Assembly: GCF_004010195.1 (NCBI RefSeq)
Contig: NC_057711.1
Span: 36,861,406 to 36,925,405, forward strand
Length of the DNA: 64,000 nucleotides
DNA from: Chiloscyllium plagiosum
Taxonomy: Eukaryota
Direction: 5' to 3'
Part shown: positions 13,960-26,149 of the stretch, in pieces
How positions within the stretch are numbered: position 1 is the stretch's first letter
How the letters are laid out: each line of letters opens with the position of its first letter
Translations under genes and position numbers: made by a program
The notes under the pieces: model-generated
What the model was told of the DNA's origin: nothing
Databases searched by the model: none
The model's input: only the letters and a program-made list of their open reading frames with translations

Positions 13960-14690
13960 GTTGTTTTTGTGACTGGAAACCTGTGTCCAGTGATTTACCA
14001 TAGGATTCAGAGCTAGGTCCCTTGCTGTTTGTAGCATTCATTAATGATCTAGACATGAATGGCAGAGGTTTCATCAGTAATGTTGCAGATGACATGAAAA
14101 CTGGTGGTATGATAAATGAAACCTGTAGACAATATAGACAGGTCAGATGGGCAGAACATTGGCAAAGAAAACTTAATCCAGAAAACCGAGATGATGCATT
14201 CTGGGAGGACTAACAAAGCAAGAAAGTACACAAATGAACAGTAAAACTCTAGTAGTACAGAGGATCAGAAGGACTTGTTGTACTTGTCCACAGATTTAGG
14301 AAGGCCACAAGATAGGTGAATAAGGTGGCTAAGAAGGCATATAGGATATTTGACTTTATTAGTCAAAGCACTGAATTCGAGAACAGGAAGGTTATGATTG
14401 AGACATTACTTAGGCCTCAGCTGGAGTACTGTATGCAGTTCTGGTCTCCACACTATATGCTCTAGATGAGATTCATCACTATTATGACAATCTGACAAGG
14501 TGGTCGAGGCAGGAACAACCTCACCACTTCAGAAATATCTAAATGAACACTTGACACACCACAGCATATAAGGCTATGGTCCATGTGTTGAAAAAATGGG
14601 ACTGCAATAGTAAGGTGCTTGATGACTGATGAGGACATAGTGGGCCAAACAGCCTCTTTCTATGTTGTAAAACTCTTATGACTCTAGTGT
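13960..14690 (+). mobile_element. Degenerate CR1 RT/3' fragment
   Basis: LFVAFINDLD..VADDMK; CR1 tail. Confidence 0.8.
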
Positions 14691-15597
14691 GCCACTCCAC
14701 CTTATAAAGGTTACCAGAGAAATGCTGTGCTTGATCACGGACATTTTGCAAGGTGTCCCTTTGTTTTTCAGAAGGAATGCAGAAGATATAGCAGAACAGC
14801 ACCAGTTAGTAAAGAAGAAAGAGATGTAAAGTGGAGGTGAATTTTGTCCTCTCTGCAGGTACAGAATGTCCAACATCGTCAGGACCTCCTCCAGCAAGAC
14901 CTTCACCTGTATTCACAACATATTTGCCTTCTCCTTTGGTCCCCATTACCCTGCATTAGCCAGACCACTCCAGATATTTAATGGAAGTGGCTGCATGCAG
15001 TTCTACAAAGATTGCTTGTGTCCTAGCAGATGTCTGCTTTAGCGTCTCTACGCAAGTTCAAAGTATGCTAACAGCTAACTGGATCAAAACTGCAATTTAA
15101 TACCACTTTCAAATACGTGCAGCTGTCACCATTCTAGATTTTTCAGTGATGTTAAGATGCACATCTGGAGCAGGTAGGACTTGAACCTGGGCCTCCTGAC
15201 CTGTTACCATTCTAGAATTATGTTATCATAACATTTATTTAGTCCCTAATCTCAACTTTGCAGAAACATAATCTGAGACCGTATCTATGTGCTCCGTTTT
15301 ACCAGTTCTGCAACTGCCTATCTATTACTGCAAGTGAAATAAGGAAGATGTAAAAATATATGGAACCATTTATTTGAAATTATTTGTACTTGTAACAAAT
15401 ATCTTAAAAACAGAACAGAACAGACAACATACTCTGGTTTCTGTGTTCATACTCAAGAATTAACACAAAGTAAACTTTAACATTAACTTGCACGCTTTTT
15501 CTTAATTAATCCAGATGTAAATATTCTTAAAATATTTTCCATTAATAAAAACAATTTATGCAAAAATGAATTTTAAGCGTTGAGAAAAGCATCTTAC

Positions 15598-15701
15598 TAT
15601 TTCATTAATTCCACCCAGTTTTCCCGCCGAAAGCTTTGGTCTAGAAGTGGGACGAGGTGGTGGCACAATCATACTTGTATTAAGTGGGGTGGTAGGTCTT
15701 G
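15598..15701 (-). CDS. FCHO2: FCHO2 exon, 104 nt (116 nt with upstream acceptor), [35 protein letters not shown]
   Basis: cccccag / GTAAGA; close to recalled human [35 protein letters not shown], which favours FCHO2 over FCHO1/SGIP1. Confidence 0.93.
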
Positions 15702-16911
15702 CTGGGGGTGAGACTAAAAAGGGAGATTGAAAGAAGTAAAACACAATATTGAGAGAAATACCAGTTAACAGAATGATGAAACATCATATTTTCCAATTGT
15801 GAATGCAGCACTCATTTAAAAACATACTTGAGTTGAAATCAAGTTTGATTTTTAAATTTTTTTTAAATTAAAAAGTTCTTGTAATGAAAACTCTCATACC
15901 ACATGTTACTGAAATTCAAAGCTAGTCTACATAACTCATAGTTAGTTGCTATTGACTAGAGGCTGTATAATTCAAAAGGCTAACAGAGTGAAGTTTCAAA
16001 ATATCATAGTAACTTGTATCTTATTCTGCAACACACAACATATTTAAAAACAATTCCTCCAATCACCTACAGTAATATTATTTTGTTTCTGTCTGTCAGG
16101 ACTGCTTTGATTAGTCAGTTCAAGTGGCAGGTCTACTGATGGTTTATCAAGTGCCTGTCGCTCGCATACTCAGAGTCATATGGAAGACTGCAGCACATGG
16201 TACACCTGTGCCTGCTAATAATTCATAATTGTAGGTTTGAATTTGGTTGAGAACATGAAAAGCAGATATAAGGGAGGCCCAACAAAAATACAGATTGTAA
16301 GAGATTGTTTCCATGAGGAATGGGGAGTTGATTCAACAAAGGTATCAGTCTATATCCTCTAAAGTCTCTCTCAACAAGTGTATATCGAATGGGCATGCTA
16401 TTATACAAGGAAGGAGCAGTTAGAACTTTTCCGAAAAACTTGAATCCTAAACAAGGATTTTGTCATGAATATTAGCAATTGAGAAGCCACTTTCTTTGAT
16501 GCTAGATACTGAGATTATAATAGGTGAATTTTAAGGAAGTATTTATTTTTGAATAATATGGAGCCCACAGATGAACCTAACTTTTCAACTCAGGAATAAC
16601 CAGCCTCCAATTATACTTGCATATTCTATCACTATAAAAAAAGTCACAAGGCCAGATCTTGTAAAAATGTATATTTATATTCCTAGAATTATTTTTACGC
16701 ATGAATAGCTTTACTTGGCTGTTTCCAGAGTGAGAGGTTTTGATTCTGTTCAAGTCTTAGATGAAAAATAACCAGAAACACTGTATTTAAAGTAGTACTA
16801 ATTCAATAAAGATATTTATTTGACCACAAATGTTTTGTGGATATTTGCTTATATTTCAAAGAACCTAGCAAGAACACTTTGATTTAATTTAGTATCATAC
16901 AACTATGATAG

Positions 16912-17000
16912 CCCTGAAGAAGGGCTAATGCCTGAAACGTCGATTCTGCTGTTCCCTCGATGCTGCCTGACCTGCTGCGCTTCTCCAGCAACACATTTCC
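16912..17000 (+). mobile_element. Penelope terminal-repeat remnant with hammerhead motif
   Basis: CTGAAGA-A-GGGCTAATGCCT-GAAAC-GTC followed by the repeat gatgctgcctgacctgctg. Confidence 0.75.
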
Positions 17001-18320
17001 ATATCATACAACTACATTTACTAATGTATATCTGCAACAATAGTTGCAAATTATTTTCATGCTGCTTATATAGAAAACAATTCCAAACCATATATGGGAA
17101 AGAACTTCCAGTAGACTCTCCATCATTACTCAATGTTAAAAGGATCTTAATTTAGCTTGCTTTGTTGGTATTTCTTAATCAAAGAATCAAAATCTAGCAT
17201 CACATAATGGAAGTCAATGTCAGTTTTAAACAAAGTAAAGGTTTGTTCATTTGTCCAGAAAAAATGGAAACAAACTCAAGCAAGACTGTGTGTTAACTTA
17301 ATAAATAGATTTTTTATAAACATTAAAATGGATACTGCCTCTGGCTTAGGGCCCATGCACTCCAAAGTAGTTAAAAGACTAGGTGAGCCCAAATCCAGAG
17401 TTCTAAACCTTAGCCTAACCACTGTGGAAAGATGAAAAGAAGCGAATACTGTACTGTTCCTGCGCAATGTGTAGCAAAATTACTAGTTTCAAAGCAGTAA
17501 GGGCCGAGGAATAAAAAAGTCAAAAACTGACGTTTAAAAAAATTAAATAATATTCACCAGAAAATTAAATGATCAAACTCTATAATATTAGCAATTGCTT
17601 CTCCTAATTGCACTGTATTGATGAACCAGCCATTAAATAGTATAAAGAGTGTAATATTGACAACCCTCCTTTCGACAAGTAGGTGCTTGGTATTAACTTG
17701 GTAATCAGAACTCTAATATTTCTGAAGAAGAGAAATGCTGTTGAAGCTTTTTGTCTTGCACTCATCAAGGCAGAGTCACATGTAAGTAACTTTCAAAGAC
17801 AGAGAAAATTTATACTCTACAAGATGAGGATACGGATTAGGAGGTAGTGGATTCTGATTGGTACAGAAGTTGTTACAGAATCATTGAGACATACAGCCTG
17901 GAAATGGACCTGACAGTCCAACTCGTATATGCCAACCAGACATCCTAATCTGATCTAGTCCCATTTACCTACATTTGGCCCATAATACTCAAAACCCTTC
18001 TTTATCACATACCCATCCAGATGTCATTTACATGTTGTAATTGTAACCACCTCCACCCGCTTCCTTTGGCAGCTCAGTCTATAAAAGCACCACCCTCTGT
18101 AAGGAAAAGTTGCCCCCTCAGATCCTTTTTAAATCTTTGTCTTCTCAACTTAACATATGACCTCTAGTTTTGGACTTCCCCATGCTAGGAATAAGACCTT
18201 GGCTATTCACCCGCAGCATGCCTCTCATGATTTTATAACCTCTATAAGGTCACTCCTCAAAGATATCATGGACAATGGACTAAGAGATGCCCCTGACGGT
18301 CACAGGGTATACCATCAAAG

Positions 18321-18544
18321 GAGCTGAAAATGTGTTGCTGGAAAAGCGCAGCAGGTCAGGCAGCATCCAAGGAACAGGAGAATCGATGTTTCGGGCATAA
18401 GCCCTTCTTCAGGAAAAAGAAGGGCTTATGCCTGAAACATCGATTCTCCTGTTCCTTGGATGCTGCCTGACCTGCTGCGCTTTTCCAGCAACACATTTTC
18501 AGCTCGGATCTCCAGCATCTGCAGTCCTCACTTTCTCCTAGAAG
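18321..18544. repeat. Penelope-derived fold-back element with 89-bp inverted arms
   Basis: Arms 18321-18409 and 18417-18505, one mismatch, 7-nt loop; flanking direct repeat ATACCATCA at 18309 and 18545. Confidence 0.9.
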
Positions 18545-19284
18545 ATACCATCATAGGAGGCATACACTATTCCTAATTGATTGGCAAATCAAAGGGATTT
18601 GACAATAAGACATTATCAAGAAGAAGGCAATACTGAAGACAACAGCTCTGTAATTTCCCAGAAATTCAAAAAACACCCAAGTTTTGAACATACTCCTTTT
18701 GTTTGCAGAGAACGGGTCCACCATATGTTGCTTCTAGCAAGCAAAAAATGAGCCTGACGGAATATTTAAAATTGTTTTTTAGTGTACGTTCAGCAAATGC
18801 TGCCTAACCACGGAATCACATCTAACAGTTTTTAAATCTGTCACTTTGAGTTTTGCAAGTAATGACTTGCTGAGAGCAGTCTGTACTCTCCAATTACTGG
18901 TATAACTGCAGGAACATGCTGCTTGAATTGATTAGCTAGTCGCTGGGGCATATGGTCTATGTACCGCCATTATATTGTCAACGAACCTCACTAGCCTTCA
19001 ATGCACTACAGAACAGTTAAACGTAAAGCTTTTACATAAATTTAAACCCGTTTCGTCAAAGCCATGTTTGAAACTTGGTCTGAAGTGCACAAAATTCTTT
19101 CATTTTTCAATTTGATTCATTAGTCTCACTATATTGTCTTCAAAGATGACAACAGTATAAATAATACTTCTTGAAAGACACTTGCACTGTAAACTCACTT
19201 AAGCAGAAGTAGCTGAGCAAAGCAATTCTGAAACTTCTAAACACAGTAAAGTCTCTGATCACACAATCTCTGAAAGTGTTCTTT

Positions 19285-22200
19285 TTCCAATTCACTTGTA
19301 GTATGTGGGCATCACTAGCTGGACAACGTTTATTGTCCCTCCCTAGTTGTCCTCGATAATATGAGGACGAGCTACCTTCTTGAACCACTGCAGTCCATGT
19401 GCTGAAGATAGACCAACAATGCGCTTAACAGTGTAGGAATGGTAATATTTTTCCAATTCAGGATGGTGAGTGGTTTGGGAACTTGGTGTTCCCATGTATG
19501 TGCTGTCCTTGTCCTTCTGGATGGAAATGTTGTGGGTTTGGAAGGTGCTGTCTTTAGGATTGTTGATGAATCTCTGCCATGCGTCTTGTAGATAGTACAC
19601 ACTGCTACTACCAAATGTCAGTGGTAGAAGGAATGGATACTTGTAAACGTGGTGCCAATCAATCGGGCTGCTTTGTCCTGGATGGAACACAGTGGATTAG
19701 AATAAAATAGAAATTTATTGTCACGTGCCATTTTACATGAAAAATTCAGTGTAAAGTTTTAAAAGTTGCACCTATATTAATGACAGAAGTCTTACATAAT
19801 TTTTAAAAAGTAAAATTAAGACAAAGTTCATCACAGTTCAATTAACAGCTCCTGGGCTCAGAAAAAGCCTTTTAAGGAATGATGGAATACCCTGAAGTCA
19901 CAGCTGGGATGAGACCGCCATTCTGGGACAAGAATGTCATGCCAGGCTGCTGGAAACCACCACATCACTGGGACAGGAGGAGCCCCCTATTCCCCATCTG
20001 ATGCTCCTCCTGCTGCTGATCCGCCCCTTTGAAATGTTTCTGCTCCTTCAGACGTTCAGGCCTAGCTGCGGTCCTGGAGGCTTAGACCAGCCTGAGTCCA
20101 GGCCAGGCGAATCAGCCCAGGACCTACTCCTTGATCGTTTGGAGGCTTCCTCCTTTACCCAGCAGTCTCCATGCTTTAAAGAAAACGAGGAAAAAAGAAA
20201 ACAAAGAAGAAAAAGAATGGAGGTAAAGAGAAGAAACAAGAGAGAAAGAAAGCAAATGGGTGTGAATGAGCCCCAGGCTCAGCTCCCCTACTCTGCCGTC
20301 ATCTTGGGTCATGCTTGATGGTGTCTGGCTTCTTGATTGTTGATGGAGCTGCATACATCCACAGTGTATTCCATCACACTCTTAACCTGTGCCTTGTGGA
20401 CAGGTTTTGGAGAGTCAGGAGGTGAGTTACTTGCCACAGTATTCCTCGTTTCTAACTGCTCTTGTAGCCACTTGTGTTGATAATGGGAGATTTAGTGATG
20501 GTAGCACTTTTCCATGTCAAGGTGTGGTGTTTAGATTGTCTCTTACTGGAGGTGGTCATTGCCTGACATTTGTGTGGCATGAATGTCACTTGCCACTTGT
20601 TAGCCCAAGCCTGGATATTGTCCAAATCTTGTTGCATTTGAACATGGACTGCTTCAGTATCGGAGTCGTCATGAATGGTACTGAACACTGTACAACAATC
20701 AGCGAACATTTCTACTTCTGATGTTACAATGGAGGGAAGGCCATTGATGAATGAGCTGAATGTGATTGGGTCAAGGACACTAGTCTGAGGAACTCCTGCA
20801 GAGATGTACTGGAGCTGAGATGACTGACTTTCAACAACTTCAACCACCTTCCTAGTGTCAGATATGACTCCAACCAGTGGAGAATTTATCCCTTGATTTC
20901 CATTCATTCCAGATTTGCTTGGGCTTCTTGTTGTCCCATTTGGTTAAATGCAGCCTTGATGTCAAGGGCTGTCACTCTCACCTCACCTCTGGAATTCAGC
21001 ACTTTTGTCCATGTTTGAACCAAGGCTGCAATGAGGTCAGCAGCTAAGTGATCCTGGAAGAACCCAAAATAGGTGTCACTGAGAAGGTTACTGCTGAGCA
21101 GGTGTTGCTTGATAACATTGTTGATGATATCTTCCATTGCTTGGCTGATGAGGTGGTAATTGGCTGGGTTGGATTTTTCCTGCTTTTTGTGTATATACCT
21201 GGGCAATCTGCCAACTTATCAAGTAGATGCCTGTGCTGTAACTGTACTGGAACTGATCGGCTAGGGGAACGGCAAGTTCTGGAGCACAAGTCTTCAGCAC
21301 TACTGTTGGAATGTTGTCAGGGGCAATAGCCTTTGCAGTATCCAGTGCCTCTAACTGTTTCTTGATATCACATGGAGTGAATTGAATTGGCTGATGATTG
21401 GTACCTGTGAATGTGGGGACCACTGGAGGACACCGAGATGAATCATCCATTCAACATTTATGGTTGAAGACTGCTGTGAAAGCTTCAGCTTTATCTTTTG
21501 TACTGATGTGTTGGGATCTTCCATCATTGAGGAGGAGGATATTTGTTGAGGCTACTCCTCCAGTAAGTCATTTAAATGTCCACCACCATTCACAACTGGA
21601 TATGGCAAGACTGCAGATCTTAGATCTGATCCATTGATTGTGGGACTGCTTAGCTTTGTCTTCACTTGTTGCTTATGCTGTTTAGCATGCAAGTAGTCCT
21701 GTTTGATGGCTTCACCAGGTTGACACCTCATTTTTCAATATGCCCTGTCTTGCTCCTGGCATGTCCTCCTGCATTCTCCACTCAACCAGAGTAGATCCCC
21801 TAGCTTGATGGTAATGGTTGAATGGGGATAGGCCAGGACATGACATTGCTGATTGTGCGGGAATATAATTCTGCTGCTGTTGACAGCACACAGGACCTCA
21901 TGGATGGTCTAGTCTGGAAGTTGTTAGATCTGTTCAAAATCTGTCCCATGTAGTGCAGTGATAGCATCGCACAACACGATGAAGAGTATTCTCAATGTCG
22001 GAAATGGGACTTCATCTCCACAAGATACAGTGGTCACTCTTACCAAAACTGTCATGGTCAGATGCATCTGCCAGCAGATTAGTACGGATGAGGTCAAGTA
22101 TGGTTTTCCCTCTTCTTGGTTCTCTCACCACTGCTGCAGACCCAGTTTAGCAGCTATGTTCTTTAGGGCCCAACCAGCTTCATCACTAGTGTTGCTGTCG

Positions 22201-22670
22201 ACAAATTCTTTGTGGTGGACATAGAAATCCCCCACCCAGAGTATATCTGTGCTCTTGCCACCCCAGTGTTTCCTCCAAGTATTGTTCAACATGGAGAAGT
22301 ACTGATTCATCAGCGGTGGGATGATGAATCAGTACTTGGTAACAGCAGGTGGTTTCCTTGCTCATGTTTAACCTGAAGCTAGACACTTGATGGCGCCTGA
22401 AGTCCCAATCTGTATACTAGTGTCCCACCCACCTACGCTGGCTGTGTCCTGTTGGTGGGACAGGACATATCCAGGAATGGGATGGTGCTAAGTCATATTT
22501 ACAGAATCATACCTTCCAAATAATGTTAGGCTGTTGATTGACTAGTCTGTGAAATACTCTCCCAATTTTGGTGCTAGCCCTCAGACATCAGGAAGGATAG
22601 TCAAGTCAACAGGGCTGATCTTGCAGTTGTCTTTTTCCATGCCTAGGTCGACGCCAGGTAATCCTTCTGG
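19285..22670 (-). mobile_element. Degenerate LINE (CR1/L2 group) with endonuclease and RT remnants
   Basis: ILWVGDFYVHH, LDTAKAIAPDNIPTVVLKTCAPELA, ALDIKAAF, AGVPQTSVL, FADC; many frameshifts. Confidence 0.85.
19690..20312 (-). mobile_element. Non-coding insert (probable non-autonomous retroposon) inside the LINE
   Basis: Interrupts the host at gatgg; minus strand begins CAAGATGACG and ends AATAAA plus TTCTA-type tail. Confidence 0.55.
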
Positions 22671-24084
22671 TTTCGTGAAGAGCTTGTTCTCGCACAGGCT
22701 TCAATTCTGATATGCTTTGTCCCACATCAAACATAAAGGGATATTTACTGAGTGTGAACACATGTCTATCAATTACACTTTTTCAATTAAATAAAAGCTA
22801 AAGACAACCATGACAATGCTTTCATCAATCAGAGTGGGCTTGTTTGGTTAAACAAAAGCCTAGCAGTTTATTGTTCATGGTGTGTTCTTCATGGCAATGC
22901 CCCTGGCAATCAGCTCCTTCTTCTCATGAACTACAAGTTATTGTTTCCTTTGAAATTGAGTATTCTTGCAATGCTGTCTTGATGAGCACAAGACAAAAAG
23001 CTTCTACAGAATGTTTTCTTTCTGCAAAACTAAAATGAATGTATAGTTGAAGCTATACTTAGATCTGAATATATTGAAACTTCTCAAAGTGATTTGGTGC
23101 AGGGACTGCAGCAAGATGTGACAACTATTCCTAGCTTCTAATCAGCACTTAATTAGATGGTATTTTCTTCATTTGAAACATGCAGAACAAATGCCTACTC
23201 TAAGTATCTCTCTGCTGTAGCATTTATGCCTTTGTAAAATTCACAAAGGAAACACAGCTACTAATCAAGCCTTTTATGTCAGGCACAAAATACTTAGACA
23301 ATCTTAATTCTCCATAACTTGAAATTTTAAATCTTGAAAAAGTATGTTCTGCATTACTAGCTTCAAAGACCTACTTTCAACAGTCAGCCTGGCCTGAATT
23401 AAATTCTTAAAGGTTATGTCAGTTGGATATCAGAATATTTCTTCAAAAAGATTAATCAATCAGACCAATGTGCATTTTGCTGACGATCCTTACATTGAAT
23501 TTTGAATAATCTGGATCCCATCTCCTTCTCAGAAAATTAACATTTAAATCGCAAAAGTGACATGCTAGTTTAACATATCGCCTGTACTTCTTACGTTTAA
23601 ACCTCTTCCACTTAATTTAATTGTACTCAAACATAATATGATTGTTCAAATTCCAAGTTTAAACTTTTCGTCTTTTTAATGCACCTATTACTAACATAAA
23701 TTCGATGTCAGTACAAGACACATATATGCCCATAATCTGACTTATATCTGATATCAAATAACATTAACAAGGATTGAAGATGGTAGACATTTTGAAAATC
23801 ACATCAACTTTGTTATCACTAATAAAACAATGCCTTTAGTAGCTCAATTTCAAAAGTTAGGAAATTTACAGATTTAACTAACGTAGGTTAGCAAAGTCAG
23901 TGTAATCACATGTTTACGCGGCTAGTCCACATTTGTACAATTTGGCCATCTAGAGAAATGTCTTGCTACTTAAAGAGAAATTGATTTGACCTATTACGCT
24001 TAAAAGTACAGGACATGCTGTTAATGAAAGATATGTGCACAGTCAGAATATTAAGCAGTATTGTACAAATCGTTCTTGCCATAC

Positions 24085-24564
24085 CATCATTTAAGTGAGT
24101 AACCATAGCTGTTAAACTAACATCCACTGGCTGAGCTGCAGGAAAACAGAATCCTTCAGATCCAGTTTTATTCTCTTCCACGCATATTTTCTTGTCGCCT
24201 GTAAAATCACCCTGAAGGTCACTTTGGTCATCAAAAATGCTGCTGGAAGACGACAACTGAAAAGAGGCCACAGGAGGATTGGAGTTTGGTGAAGTTCTAG
24301 TTTGTGCTGTTTGTTTCAACTCTGAGTTTAAAGGTTTTCTTGGATTTAGTTCATCAGTAAATGAAATCCACTTGGTTCGTGAAGTAGGAATATCAGAAGG
24401 ACCATTTAAGGTTTCTAAACTTGCTGCTACACTAAAACCTGAGCCAGGACTAGTACTCTTAGACTCACAGCTTGGCTGATGCTTCACTGAGGCCTCATAT
24501 TCTACACCCCATGGTGAAATAGGACTTGAGAAAGTTGAGCTCCCTTCATGCCATGTTAATTCAG
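24085..24564 (-). CDS. FCHO2: Probable large FCHO2 cassette exon, 480 nt (160 codons), Ser/Pro-rich, (A)ELTWHEG...KWISFTDE...HLND
   Basis: ttttccttttccttcag acceptor, ATG|GTATGG donor, exact multiple of 3, stop-free in the phase-1 frame (within ORF 23966..24679), no recognisable TE sequence. Confidence 0.75.
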
Positions 24565-26149
24565 CTGAAGGAAAAGGAAAAATTGAAAGCTTGGGAAATA
24601 AATGCATTAAAAAGGTGTGCAATATTAACTTAACTCTATACATGTTTTTCATAAAGTGCTTCCACAATCTTTGTGACAAAGCAATCTAAAGCTAGGTTAC
24701 AGGGAGTATCAAGCAAAGTGCAGGACTAAATAATTTATGGGAGTCTTGAGCAGTACCTTTAAAAACTTACACAACTACTTAAATTGAATAAAATCAAAGT
24801 TAGTCATAGCACATTATTAAGTTGGCCACATGCTTAGAGATCAACTTATTAATGTCAATTGCCCAAATTAAATAAATATTATGGTATGAATCTATTATTT
24901 CACACCTTTGCCAGTTAAGTAGCAGAATAATCTCACAGAAAAAATACATTCCTGTAAAGATTGAAAATACTAATCATAGCAAATCATGAAATAAATGGTG
25001 TAACCTACAGCATTAATAGAATGAAAGTCATCACATTAAATAAATATGAAAACCAGGGCTGTCCTCAGCAAGTCTCTATAAAACTAATATTCCAATATTA
25101 CACCAATACATCAATTTGAACTTGGTTTGTTCAAATCAATTAAAGTGTCAGATTAGTTAATTAGTGTCAAATGAAGAACCTGACTATTGCTGAAGATGAA
25201 GTACTACCATACGGTTTTTGGCTTTCCAACTATTCACATGAATGTTTGATCAAGTATGTTCTAACTGGTATGAAAATAGACATTTTAGTGAATATGGAAA
25301 TTAAATAAAAAGAGCATTCAAAAGTATTGTCTGATTGATTACTCTTCCAAACTGCTTCAGTAATAATTTCCTAATTGCATCAATGAGTTTTTAGTTTTAC
25401 TTTCTTTCCAAAATGTTGCACAGTGGATTTAATTTAAATGAGGAGTGCCTCACTTCAATGATGACAGTTCATCAAATTTCAGAATCAACCCCTCCTAAAA
25501 CTGTAAATGGGTATGTGAAGAAATTCAAAGTTGTTTTATCCCTGAGGTTAAAGGTTTGTTTCTAAATTAAGACCAACAGAGTTTAAACTATAGCTCCTTT
25601 GTCTATACTAATGGATATAATCATTTGAAATAATTTGTATCATAAACAAAGATTTAGCTTTAAAATATACAATACACATATATATATTCAAACTATCTGT
25701 GCAGTAAGAATAAACTTATGGTTACATCAAAAATACTACTGTCCACAGTTCACTATGCAGTGATTTGACCAGTTTATCAGATTGCAAATGGAGAATGAGC
25801 ACAACAGGAATTAGCTAGGAGCTGTAGAAGACCAAGATGTGAATTAATGAAAGCATGAAGGCAAAGATTTAACAATGAAATTTTTTTAAAAATGAAATTA
25901 CTACATAAACCAGACATATATCATCTTGCTGTGTGTCTTCAGATGTATAAATAAAAGAGGCATTTCTACAACTCTCTAGTTGACTTGCTGAACAAGTTTC
26001 AAAATAGCACAAATCTATTCACATGGGTGATTTCAATGCAAATGCTACAGCAGGCAGTGATTCATGGTCAACCTGTCTAGGCCATGACAGGGTTGGCAAG
26101 ATAATCAGCATCCAATGCTTTCTTCAGCTTTGAAACGTGAATGAATACT

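Noticed and set aside
23966-24679. 237-aa ORF as a stand-alone gene
   Set aside because: Both ends read as intronic sequence; internal splice sites define the 480-nt exon
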